Source of the DNA: a virus
Lineage: Duplodnaviria; Caudoviricetes
Length of the DNA stretch: 64,000 nucleotides
Reading direction: 5' to 3' (one strand)
IMG/VR virus record: IMGVR_UViG_3300020046_003652
Location: 11,448 to 75,447 of that record
The position numbers were made by a program, and so were the translations under genes. Shown piece after piece: positions 8,815-18,102 of this stretch (its first letter is position 1; each line of letters opens with the position of its first letter). The notes below the pieces were generated by a model. The model was not told the DNA's origin, made no database searches, and saw only the letters and a program-made list of their open reading frames with translations.

Positions 8815-10071
8815 ATGGCTGCTGCAAATACATTCGGTACTCCAAACAATTCAGTTGGTACCCTTAATGGTCTTTTTAAAGAGACTTATGCTGATAAATT
8901 ACAAGAATTAATCCCTGATGGTGTGAAATTGATGAATAAAATCAAGTTCGCAGCTAAGGACAAAATGCCCGGTAACCTATATCACCAACCAGTTATTCTT
9001 GGTATGGAACATGGTGTTACTTTTGCTTCTTCAGACGAAGATGCTTTTAACTTGAATGCTCCAGTTGCTGGTCAAATCCGTGACGCTCAAGTTCGTGGAA
9101 ATCCAGTTGTTATGCGTTCATTACTTGGTTACGTTGCTCTTTCAAGAGCTGCTCAAGGTGGACAAAAAGCGTTCATGGATGCTACTAAGTTTTTAGTTGC
9201 TAACATGTTACGATCTATGTCTAAAAAACTTGAGATCGAAATGCTTTATGGACAAATGGGTTATGGTGCAATTTCTGCAGTTTCTTCTGCAACTTTGACT
9301 ATCAAAACTTCTGAGTGGGCGCCTGGTATCTGGGCTGGTGCTGAAGGCATGCCTATCGAAATCAGAGACGTAACTGGTGCTACTTCTCGTGGCGAAGCTA
9401 TCGTTCAATCTGTTGATATGGACGCTAGAACAATCACTTTAGTTAGTGCTGTTTCTGGTATCGTTACTACTGCTTCTTCTGAAGACATTATCTGGCACAA
9501 AGGTGCTTATGGTAATGAATTTCCTGGTATCCATAAGATCTTGTCTATCCAATCTGGTACTCTTTTCAACATCAACGTTGGAACATACAACCTATTCCGT
9601 GGTAACGTATATTCTGCTGGTTCTGCTGCACTAAGCTTCACTAAGCTTCAATCTGCTGCTGCTAGAGCTGTTGAAAAAGGTCTTGATGGAGATCTTTACT
9701 CTCTTGTTAATCCACGTGCTTGGGCTAACATGATGACTGAACAAGCTGCTTTACGTATGTATGACAGTTCATACAGCGAAGCTAAATCAGCTAATGGTTC
9801 AAAAACTATCCAGTTCCATTCTCAAAATGGTACAATCGAGATCGAACCTTCAATCTACGTTAAAGAAGGTTATGCATATTGCTTGTCTGTTGATGACTGG
9901 TTCCGCGTTGGTTCTACTGACATGACTTTCAAAGCTCCTGGTCAAGGTGAAGATTTCTTCCGACATGTTGAAAATGCTGCTGCCCTCGAATTGCGTCTGT
10001 ATTCTGACCAAGCACTTTTTTGCCATGCTCCAGGTAAATCTGTTCTTATAAACAACATCGTTAACTCTTAA
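8815..10071 (+). CDS. Major capsid protein (HK97 fold expected)
   Basis: 418 aa after the scaffold, strongly biased codons (GCT/GGT/CGT/TTC), followed by a strong terminator. Confidence 0.85.
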   Translation: MAAANTFGTPNNSVGTLNGLFKETYADKLQELIPDGVKLMNKIKFAAKDKMPGNLYHQPVILGMEHGVTFASSDEDAFNLNAPVAGQIRDAQVRGNPVVMRSLLGYVALSRAAQGGQKAFMDATKFLVANMLRSMSKKLEIEMLYGQMGYGAISAVSSATLTIKTSEWAPGIWAGAEGMPIEIRDVTGATSRGEAIVQSVDMDARTITLVSAVSGIVTTASSEDIIWHKGAYGNEFPGIHKILSIQSGTLFNINVGTYNLFRGNVYSAGSAALSFTKLQSAAARAVEKGLDGDLYSLVNPRAWANMMTEQAALRMYDSSYSEAKSANGSKTIQFHSQNGTIEIEPSIYVKEGYAYCLSVDDWFRVGSTDMTFKAPGQGEDFFRHVENAAALELRLYSDQALFCHAPGKSVLINNIVNS

Positions 10072-10117
10072 TAGTTAACTCATAATTCTCTAAGTATTCC
10101 CAATACTTGATGAGTCT

Positions 10118-10150
10118 AGAAGCCCGGCTTAAAACGTCGGGCTTCTTTTT
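10118..10150 (+). terminator. Intrinsic terminator after the capsid gene
   Basis: AGAAGCCCGGC-TTAAAAC-GTCGGGCTTCT followed by a T-run. Confidence 0.9.
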
Positions 10151-10172
10151 TATATAAAACACATAATAATGC

Positions 10173-10201
10173 TTGACTAATATACACATTTGTTATATTC
10201 T
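10173..10201 (+). promoter_or_regulatory. Sigma70-type promoter of the GIY-YIG gene
   Basis: TTGACT-17 nt-TATTCT. Confidence 0.55.
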
Positions 10202-10220
10202 ATTGTTATAGGAGAAACAC

Positions 10221-11078
10221 ATGAGCAAATATTTAGTTTACGCACTTAAAGATCCAAAAACACAAGAAATTAGATATATTGGTAAATCTACTAGCGGCAT
10301 GCGTCGGGCTTTACAACATAAAGACTCATCTAGTTTAAAAAAGATTTCACATAAAAACAATTGGATTAAATCTTTATTAGAATCGGGATTAATGTACCAA
10401 ATTGAAATATTACAAAATTGTTCTTCAAATGAAGAAACACTACAAGCTGAAATGTACTGGATTAAATTTCATAAAGAAAAAGGAACAAATTTAACTAATC
10501 TTACTGATGGTGGAGAAGGTAACTCAGGATGGGATATGCCAGAAGAAACAAAAAGAAATATCAGTATCGCTAGAAAAGAATTTAATAAAAATCATCCAGA
10601 AGTACATCAAGCTATTATTGAAAAACAAAGAAAACAACACGAATTTCTTAATGGAATTGAACATAAACATTGTTCTGACTGTAATTCATATAAACCACTC
10701 ACTTCTTTTTGTAAAAATAAAGGATTTTGGGATGGGTTTAAATCTATATGTAAATCTTGTTCTAATACTAGAGTACAAGAATATCGTAAAGAAACATTTA
10801 TTCCAATGAACGAACAAGAATGGAAACAATCATATGTAAATCGTTCTGAAGCAAATAGCAAAGGTGTAACTGAGTATTTTAAAAATAACCCAGAAGCAAA
10901 AGCTAATATATCTAAAAGAATGTCTAAACCTGTAATTGGAACATGTGTAACTACTGGAAAAGAAATCAGGTTTGAATCAGCTTTAAAAGCTAAAGAAGCT
11001 GGATTTAATAATACTAATTTAGGACAGGCTATTTCGAAAAATAAAGCATATAAGGGATATATCTGGAAAAAAGCATAA
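10221..11078 (+). CDS. Free-standing GIY-YIG homing endonuclease with Zn-finger/NUMOD-like C-terminus
   Basis: YLVYALKDP...RYIGKS...R..QH, NLTDGGEG, CSDC/CKSC and C-terminal KPVIG...IRFESALKA. Confidence 0.85.
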   Translation: MSKYLVYALKDPKTQEIRYIGKSTSGMRRALQHKDSSSLKKISHKNNWIKSLLESGLMYQIEILQNCSSNEETLQAEMYWIKFHKEKGTNLTNLTDGGEGNSGWDMPEETKRNISIARKEFNKNHPEVHQAIIEKQRKQHEFLNGIEHKHCSDCNSYKPLTSFCKNKGFWDGFKSICKSCSNTRVQEYRKETFIPMNEQEWKQSYVNRSEANSKGVTEYFKNNPEAKANISKRMSKPVIGTCVTTGKEIRFESALKAKEAGFNNTNLGQAISKNKAYKGYIWKKA

Positions 11079-11094
11079 TTAACAACTATATGTT

Positions 11095-11289
11095 ATGACT
11101 GCATTTCTAGCAACTTTTATACCATTTATTATATTATCATCTGCTCTAGCTTGGATGATGTTCACTTCTCCGCATCCTGAGCTTCCTCCAATGTCACCAG
11201 AGCGTCAAAAAGAACTACTAATAGCTTTAGCTGAACAAAGAAGAAAACGCAAAGAACGAAGACTTAAGCGTTTAAATAAGAAAAACTAA
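11095..11289 (+). CDS. Small membrane protein
   Basis: N-terminal hydrophobic helix and basic tail. ATG lies 7 nt after TAACAACT. Confidence 0.55.
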   Translation: MTAFLATFIPFIILSSALAWMMFTSPHPELPPMSPERQKELLIALAEQRRKRKERRLKRLNKKN

Positions 11290-11623
11290 AGATCTATTTT
11301 CCTCCATCCATGTAAGTTCATATGCTCAATGTATTTATTCTTATCTTGAGATACATATGTCGATTCTTGTGATATAATAATTAACCCTTTATCGGTTGAT
11401 ACGTCAATTGCTAAATCCATATTAGATAATCCAATATTATCAAACTGATGATCGAAATCTACTATAAATAATTTATAGGTTATTACCATTTATTGGCCTT
11501 TCTTTTTATATACACTATATCCCAATCAATGACCAATTCACCATCAATTACATGCCCATACGTACCAAATCCGTAGTTAAATATAACTAAATTATCCTTA
11601 AATGTATATAGATAGTACCTCAT
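11286..11623 (-). other. Two reverse-oriented mini-ORFs (11483-11623, 11286-11489)
   Basis: 46 and 67 aa. Upstream TTGATT-17-TATATT candidate promoter ends 8 nt before the ATG. Confidence 0.55.
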
Positions 11624-11721
11624 AACTATATAATATACCTTAAAATTTAATAAAAATCAATATAAATTACTTATTTAACAACTTTATTTGACTAGTTTTA
11701 CTAACAAATCGAGGATTTATA

Positions 11722-12210
11722 ATGTCTAAGACACTTACTTTTGGATCTACTCCTGTAGAAATCCCTACGTCTGCGAATGCTCCAAATTGGAGTGAAGGTG
11801 TTACAGAAGCATTTACAGCAATAGCAGATACTTTAGCAACAGTTGCTGGAGCATTTGATGTTCCATCTCAATCAGTATCAATAGATTCATCTAATCCAGG
11901 ATCACCTAATACTAACATTGAAGCACTTAGTTTTCCTATTACTGATGTTAGAGCTATAAATATTACATATGCGGTAAATAGAACAACAAACTCAACAACA
12001 GCATACGAAACTGGTACAATTATTGCAATATATTCTGCAGCTAATTCTATCGGTAATAAATGGGAAATGTCTCAAGATTATATCGGTGATGGTAAAATAA
12101 AATTTAATATTACAGACTTAGGTCAAGTTCAATATACATGTACGGCTATTGCTGGAACTGGTCACTTAGGTCAAATAATATTTTCAGGTAAAGCAATATT
12201 ACAAAGTTAA
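11722..12210 (+). CDS. Virion protein sharing a domain with the C-terminus of 15189-17141
   Basis: F...VR.....YE.....W.hS...GD....F.IT..GQhQYT pattern is present in both proteins. Confidence 0.6.
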   Translation: MSKTLTFGSTPVEIPTSANAPNWSEGVTEAFTAIADTLATVAGAFDVPSQSVSIDSSNPGSPNTNIEALSFPITDVRAINITYAVNRTTNSTTAYETGTIIAIYSAANSIGNKWEMSQDYIGDGKIKFNITDLGQVQYTCTAIAGTGHLGQIIFSGKAILQS

Positions 12211-12227
12211 TTATTAAGGAGTTTTAA

Positions 12228-13724
12228 ATGGCTTTTGGTATCAGAAAATTTATTGAAGGTATCTTAGTAAAAAATAGTACAGATACCACAAAAGAAGTTG
12301 AGTTAAAAGTTTCAAATAGTGCAACTACTGCAACTAAAACTACTATATTAGCTAGTCAAACTGCAAATGTTACTGTTACCTTACCAGACTCTACTAGCAC
12401 TTTAGCTACAACTGGAGAAGTTGCAGGAAAAGCAGATACAGATCTAAATAACATAGATCCAATTGCTGCTGATCTAATTCCAGATGGCAATATAACAAGA
12501 GCTATAGGATCTACTATTGCTGCTTGGTCTGGTGTATATACTTCACAATTAACTGATTCATCTAACGATGCAAGTTATGTTGTAGATACTAGAGTAACTT
12601 ACGATACATCTACTACAGTATCTGTTGATGCTGATGCTCGATTATTAAAATCATCTGCAGGAAATAAATTAGGATGGTCTGGAACAGACAATACTACATA
12701 TGCATCCATTATTCCAAATGCAGATAATACATTAAATTTAGGAAATACTACTACCAAATTCAATACATTATATGCTAATACAGTTGCTTCTACTAGTTCA
12801 TCTCCTTCTGTTGTTCTTGGTGCTTCTGCTGAGCTTAAAGATTCAGCTGGAGATACTTCAGTTGATTGGCCTAATCGTCAATTACAATCAGGAGCTACTG
12901 TAAAATTGGATTGGTCAGGAACTGATGTTAGTTTAAACACTCGTAAATTAACTAACGTAGTAGATCCTACTTCAGCACAAGATGCTGCAACTAAGAACTA
13001 CGTAGATAGTTCTTCTGCTGGAAATTTAGCAGTAACAACAAAAACTGCGAATTATACATTAACTGGAGCAGATAGTGTTGTAATTGGTGATGTTTCTGGT
13101 GGAGCATTTACACTAACATTACCTACTGCAGTTGGAATTACTGGTAAAGTATTTACAATTAAATATGGTGGAGGAGTTGGTCAAAATCAATTAATAATAG
13201 CTACAACATCAGCTCAAACTATAGATGGAATTTCTAATATATACATGACTTCGTTTGGTGATGTAACAAGACTAATGTCAGATGGTTCCAATTGGGTAGA
13301 AATATCAGCAAGTAGAGTTGTTGGGGCGAGGTATCATAGTTCAACTACTGCTGCGGTTGTTGGAGATGTAGTAATGATTCAGCCTAGTGTAACATATGAT
13401 ACATACGGAAGTTATAACACAGGAAACGGACAATATACTATAATGGAATCAGGACTTTATACTATTGATTGTTCTTGGCAAATTAACGCAGGTGCTTTTA
13501 GTACAACTCAAGACATGGCAATACTTATATATGTAAACGCTAGTAATATTCCTGGAGGTAACTTAGGGTATATGGTAGGAAACGGAGCTACTAATTTTTA
13601 CACAGTACAAGGATCAGATACGTTACAGCTAAATCAAGGATCAGTTGTAACTATAATACTAAGGAGTACAGTTGCTGGAGCTTGTACCACTAATTCGTTT
13701 TTCAGTATAAGTAAAATAAAATAA
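12228..13724 (+). CDS. Tail fibre/spike protein
   Basis: 498 aa, S/T/G-rich, with fibre motifs DPTSAQDAATKNYVD and TANYTLT...FTLTLPTA. Confidence 0.75.
   Translation: MAFGIRKFIEGILVKNSTDTTKEVELKVSNSATTATKTTILASQTANVTVTLPDSTSTLATTGEVAGKADTDLNNIDPIAADLIPDGNITRAIGSTIAAWSGVYTSQLTDSSNDASYVVDTRVTYDTSTTVSVDADARLLKSSAGNKLGWSGTDNTTYASIIPNADNTLNLGNTTTKFNTLYANTVASTSSSPSVVLGASAELKDSAGDTSVDWPNRQLQSGATVKLDWSGTDVSLNTRKLTNVVDPTSAQDAATKNYVDSSSAGNLAVTTKTANYTLTGADSVVIGDVSGGAFTLTLPTAVGITGKVFTIKYGGGVGQNQLIIATTSAQTIDGISNIYMTSFGDVTRLMSDGSNWVEISASRVVGARYHSSTTAAVVGDVVMIQPSVTYDTYGSYNTGNGQYTIMESGLYTIDCSWQINAGAFSTTQDMAILIYVNASNIPGGNLGYMVGNGATNFYTVQGSDTLQLNQGSVVTIILRSTVAGACTTNSFFSISKIK
12954..13007 (+). repeat. 54-bp direct repeat, copy A (copy B at 16737-16790)
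   Basis: 52/54 identical between two fibre genes; both differences are synonymous T/C changes. Confidence 0.9.
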
Positions 13725-13737
13725 ACAGAAAGAGTAT

Positions 13738-14163
13738 ATGAAAGAATTATTAATATTATTGAGATCTATAAATTTATACGCACATCAAGCTCATAATATA
13801 TGTGCAAGAATTCCTTTCTTTCAAGATCATGAATTCTTTAACGAAGTGTACACTAACGCTGATTCTGCTTATGATGACGTTATTGAACGTATGATTGGTT
13901 TATATGGAGAAGAAAGTATTCCTTCTCTACCTGAACAGTTAGTTGCAATTTCTCAAATCATTGAACAATTACCTGAAAAAGGTGTTAAAGAAAATGCCAT
14001 ATTTTTTCAAGTGCTATTAGAAAAACAAAAATTAGTTTGTTCTAAAATTGAACAATTATGTACTGCAGGTAATTTACCTCAAGGTACTATTCAAATGCTC
14101 GGTAATATTGCAGATAAATCAGAACAATTTCAATATAAAATGAAACAGCGATTAAAACGATAA
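13738..14163 (+). CDS. Dps/ferritin-like four-helix-bundle protein
   Basis: HQAHNIC...FFQDHEFFNEVY...YDDVIER aligns with the Dps HW...F..LH..FEELY...D.IAER signature. Confidence 0.7.
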   Translation: MKELLILLRSINLYAHQAHNICARIPFFQDHEFFNEVYTNADSAYDDVIERMIGLYGEESIPSLPEQLVAISQIIEQLPEKGVKENAIFFQVLLEKQKLVCSKIEQLCTAGNLPQGTIQMLGNIADKSEQFQYKMKQRLKR

Positions 14164-14175
14164 TAAGGAATAATT

Positions 14176-14646
14176 ATGGCAGAAGTATCAAGTAAATCAA
14201 TGAGTCAAAAAGATGGAATGCAAGTTTTAAAAGCAGCATTTAATGATAACGATATGACTATTAGTACTTCGGGTTTTTTAGATGGTAAGGTAGGACATAG
14301 ACTCAAAACTAAAGTAGTTTCTGTAACTGTAGATGAAAATCTTTTCTTTGATGAAGTACATGTAGAAACTGCTTCTTTTACTAATTCTTCTGCAGTTGTA
14401 ACAGTTTCAAATACTATCAATTTTAAAGTTGGACAATATGCTTTGTTAGACGTTGGTACTTCTGGAATACCAGATGATACTACAATTTTATCTATCGACT
14501 CTAGTACACAAATTACGTTGTCTGCAGCATATGCAGGAGCAACTGGATCAGAAACATTACATGTTGCTAATCTTATAAAAAGATTAAGATTACAATATAA
14601 TAATGCTGGACATGATATTTTATTAGATGCTGCTAGAATTAGTTAA
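14176..14646 (+). CDS. Putative virion protein
   Basis: 156 aa in the fibre cluster, AAGGA RBS. Confidence 0.55.
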   Translation: MAEVSSKSMSQKDGMQVLKAAFNDNDMTISTSGFLDGKVGHRLKTKVVSVTVDENLFFDEVHVETASFTNSSAVVTVSNTINFKVGQYALLDVGTSGIPDDTTILSIDSSTQITLSAAYAGATGSETLHVANLIKRLRLQYNNAGHDILLDAARIS

Positions 14647-14664
14647 TTAATAAAGGAACGAATA

Positions 14665-15189
14665 ATGCCTAAATATAATATAACTACTAAAGTTTGGAGA
14701 GAAAATCTTTGTTCTCAAAAACAAACAGATATGTGGCATAAGATGTGTCCTTCTTGTGATGTTGTTGAACAAATTACATACGGGAGTGCTTGGAATATTC
14801 AAACTGGAAAATTTAAAGGACAATGTAAAAAATGCGCAGGAAAAGAAAGTCCTAACTCTGGTCAGTTTAAAAAAGGTCATGCATCATGGACTCTAAATAG
14901 ATCAGGAGAATTACATCCTTGTTGGCAAGGAGGAAAAACCTCCGAAGTTAATAAATTAAGAAATACTAAAGAATATAAATTATTTAGAAAAACAGTTTTA
15001 AATAGAGATAATCATATGTGTACTATATGTAGTAATACTAAATCATTAGAAGTAGATCATATTAAACCTAGGTATTTATATCCAGAATTACAATTTGATA
15101 TAAACAACGGAAGAGTTTTATGTTCTGATTGTCATAAAAAAACAGAAACATATGGTCCTAAAGTTAAAAGATTAAAGAGGAATACATAA
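14665..15189 (+). CDS. HNH homing endonuclease with N-terminal Zn-ribbon
   Basis: RDNHMCTIC...LEVDHIKP...NGRVLCSDCHKK, plus CPSC/CKKC. Confidence 0.85.
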   Translation: MPKYNITTKVWRENLCSQKQTDMWHKMCPSCDVVEQITYGSAWNIQTGKFKGQCKKCAGKESPNSGQFKKGHASWTLNRSGELHPCWQGGKTSEVNKLRNTKEYKLFRKTVLNRDNHMCTICSNTKSLEVDHIKPRYLYPELQFDINNGRVLCSDCHKKTETYGPKVKRLKRNT

Positions 15190-17141
15190 TGCCTAAGTAT
15201 AATATTAATCCTTTTACCGGAGTTTTGGATGGCTTAGGATCTGGAGCAACTCTAGCTATTGGCGGAACCGTTGCTGGAGCAAATCCTGAATCTATTCTTC
15301 TAGTAGACAGTGCTGGTAATTTAGCTGATTCTGGTACTCTTACTGATGGTGAATTAGTAATAGGATCGACAGGAAATACTCCTGTCTCTGGTAGTATTAC
15401 TGGAACAGCAAATGAAATAGTAATTACAAATGGTCCTGGTAGTATAACCATTTCTTTAGATGATAATATTCCTGCAACTAAAATTGCAGATGGTACAGTT
15501 TCAAATACTGAATTTCAATATATAAATAGCTTATCTTCAAATGCCCAAGATCAAATAGATTCTAAAATACCTTTAACTCAAAAAGGTGCAAATAATGGAG
15601 TTGCTCCGTTAGATGCTGGTGGAAAAATAGCATCTATATACTTACCTAATTCTGTTATGGAATTCCAAGGTACTTGGGATGCAGCAACTAATACTCCTAC
15701 GTTAGTAGATGGAACTGGTAATACAGGAGATGTTTACTGGGTAACTGTTGCAGGGACACAAAACTTAGGATCTGGTCCACAAACTTTCGCTGTAGGTGAT
15801 TTTATTATTTACAACGCTAGTAATATTTGGGAAAAATCAATAAATAGTAATGCTGTTGTATCAGTTAATGGACAACAAGGTGTAGTATCATTAGATACTG
15901 ATGATATTCCAGAAGGAACTGCTATATATTTTACTGATGAAAGAGCACAAGATTCTATCGGGGGAATATTAACAGATTCAGCTAAAGTAAGTTTAACTTA
16001 TAATGATGGAACTCCATCGATTACTGCTGACATTATAGCTGATAGTTTAGTAAATGCTGACATTAATTCAGCAGCAGCTATAGATGCAACTAAGATTGCC
16101 GATGGTTCTGTATCTAATACTGAATTTCAATACATTAATTCTGTTACTTCTAATGTTCAAACTCAATTAAATGGAAAAGCTCTAGATTCTGATTTAACTA
16201 ATCATATTTCAGATACTACTACTCATGGTACCATTGGTGACATAGTTGGTACATCAGATACTCAAACTTTAACAAATAAAACAATTGATGCCGATTTAAA
16301 TACTATAACTAATATTGAAAATGCAGATATTAAGTCTGGTGCAGCAATTGATGCTTCTAAGCTAGCAGATGGTTCAGTTTCTAATACTGAATTACAATAT
16401 ATTAATTCTTTGACATCTAATGCTCAAGATCAAATAGACGGAAAAGCTAATGTTAATCTAGGTAACTTAATGGGTACTGCAATAAATGTTAATTTATTAC
16501 CAGACACTAACGGTAGTCGTAATCTAGGATCTAGTCTATTTACTTGGGATAGAGCATACCTTGGTGGAATATACGATCCGTCTAATCAAATTGCCTTTAA
16601 TCTAACAGGTAGAACTCTCACTGATTTAGCAGGAAATACTTCAATAGACCTAGACAATCAATTATTACTAACAAGTAGTACAACTAAATTAGACTGGTCT
16701 GGTACTAACATAGATATTAATACTAGAAAAATAATAAACGTAGTAGATCCCACTTCAGCACAAGATGCTGCAACTAAGAATTACGTAGATGTTAGAGATT
16801 ATTCATCTACCGGAGATATAAAACAAACATCATTTGCCGGAGCAGATAGTCAGGCAGCTCCAGATGATATAACTGGATTTCTTTTTAGTAATGCATCTGT
16901 ACGTAGTTTTAAAGCCTTAGTTTCTGTCTCTATAGATGCTACAGCTGAATTATACGAGTCTTTCGATTTACAAGGAATACAAAAAGGTTCAACTTGGGAC
17001 TTATCTATTTCATCCGTTGGTGACGATTCTTTGGTTAATTTTAGTATTACTAATGCTGGTCAAATTCAATACACTTCAGATACATATGCAGGATTTACTA
17101 GTTTAACTATTAAATTTAGAGCAATTGTTACAAATGTGTAA
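15189..17141 (+). CDS. Tail fibre protein with three internal repeats
   Basis: Three copies of A(T/S)K(I/L)ADG(T/S)VSNTE(F/L)QYINS(L/V)(S/T)SN.Q.Q, plus DPTSAQDAATKNYVD. Confidence 0.8.
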   Translation: MPKYNINPFTGVLDGLGSGATLAIGGTVAGANPESILLVDSAGNLADSGTLTDGELVIGSTGNTPVSGSITGTANEIVITNGPGSITISLDDNIPATKIADGTVSNTEFQYINSLSSNAQDQIDSKIPLTQKGANNGVAPLDAGGKIASIYLPNSVMEFQGTWDAATNTPTLVDGTGNTGDVYWVTVAGTQNLGSGPQTFAVGDFIIYNASNIWEKSINSNAVVSVNGQQGVVSLDTDDIPEGTAIYFTDERAQDSIGGILTDSAKVSLTYNDGTPSITADIIADSLVNADINSAAAIDATKIADGSVSNTEFQYINSVTSNVQTQLNGKALDSDLTNHISDTTTHGTIGDIVGTSDTQTLTNKTIDADLNTITNIENADIKSGAAIDASKLADGSVSNTELQYINSLTSNAQDQIDGKANVNLGNLMGTAINVNLLPDTNGSRNLGSSLFTWDRAYLGGIYDPSNQIAFNLTGRTLTDLAGNTSIDLDNQLLLTSSTTKLDWSGTNIDINTRKIINVVDPTSAQDAATKNYVDVRDYSSTGDIKQTSFAGADSQAAPDDITGFLFSNASVRSFKALVSVSIDATAELYESFDLQGIQKGSTWDLSISSVGDDSLVNFSITNAGQIQYTSDTYAGFTSLTIKFRAIVTNV

Positions 17142-17167
17142 ATATAGGAACAATAACAACTATTAGT

Positions 17168-17647
17168 ATGAAAAACACATTATTGACACAATTAGACCAT
17201 AACCAGATAATAAAGCATATATTCGATGAAGAAAACGATGCACAACGCGTTAGTATCGTCTCTGGTCAAATTCCTGACATTAAGGTAGACATAGATCCAT
17301 CCACAATAACAGCTGCAATACAAAAAGGATTAGAGTCTTTTAACCCACAACCACAAAAAACAGACAATTTTAACATTCAAGTCGTGGAAGTACCTGTAAT
17401 CATTAAAGAAACTATTATAGAGAAAATAGAAGTACCCGTAATCATTAAGGAAATTGAATATAGAGAAATTAAAGTACCTTTCGAAGTGATTAAGACGATA
17501 GAGATAGAAAAACCTATAATTATAAAACAACCAGAAGTTCATATACTTACCAAGTCTACACTAGAAACTAAATATCTTAGGGTAGCTGTTGGTTGTTTAC
17601 TTATTAGTGAAATATTAACCCTGCTATTTATTTTTAGCAGACATTAA
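17168..17647 (+). CDS. C-terminally membrane-anchored protein with EKIEVPV-type repeats
   Basis: VVEVPVIIKETIIEKIEVPVIIKEIEY...IEIEKPIII repeats and a hydrophobic C-terminal helix. Confidence 0.6.
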   Translation: MKNTLLTQLDHNQIIKHIFDEENDAQRVSIVSGQIPDIKVDIDPSTITAAIQKGLESFNPQPQKTDNFNIQVVEVPVIIKETIIEKIEVPVIIKEIEYREIKVPFEVIKTIEIEKPIIIKQPEVHILTKSTLETKYLRVAVGCLLISEILTLLFIFSRH

Positions 17648-17651
17648 GGAG

Positions 17652-18050
17652 ATGTACAAAATGAAAGACAAAATGGCAAAGTTGATGGGAGAAAAGAAAA
17701 AGATTTCTCCAATCGAACAAAAAGCAAAGATGAATGTTCTTGAGCAATTAAAAAAAGATATGCAAGACATGATGGGTGATAAAGTTGCAGGACTTAAAAA
17801 AGTTACTGTTGCTTCTCCTGATTCAGAAGGTCTTGAGCTTGGTTTAGAAAAAGCTAAAAATCTAATTGAAGGTCAAGAATCTGAAGAGTCAGATGAGACA
17901 GAAGAATCTGAAATGCCTGAAATGGAATCAGATGAACATAAAGATCATATGGAAATGGCTCTAGGAGAATCAGAATCCGAAGAATCAGAAGAAGACATTG
18001 ATGCTAAAATTCAAGAGCTTCTTAAGAAAAAAGAAATGTTAAAAAAATAA
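17652..18050 (+). CDS. Acidic hypothetical protein
   Basis: 132 aa, E/S-rich low complexity, AAGGAG RBS. Confidence 0.55.
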   Translation: MYKMKDKMAKLMGEKKKISPIEQKAKMNVLEQLKKDMQDMMGDKVAGLKKVTVASPDSEGLELGLEKAKNLIEGQESEESDETEESEMPEMESDEHKDHMEMALGESESEESEEDIDAKIQELLKKKEMLKK

Positions 18051-18102
18051 TTAATATTTTCTAATTTTCTATTCCAAATAATTTAACTAGTAGAGGATAT
18101 AA

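Noticed and set aside
14665-15189. HNH as a group I intron-encoded ORF
   Set aside because: No room for, or sign of, intron core elements around the ORF, and the downstream gene has its own RBS and complete start.
12954-16790. 54-bp repeat as a DGR template/variable pair
   Set aside because: No reverse transcriptase in the window; the two differences are synonymous and go in opposite directions rather than being adenine-specific.
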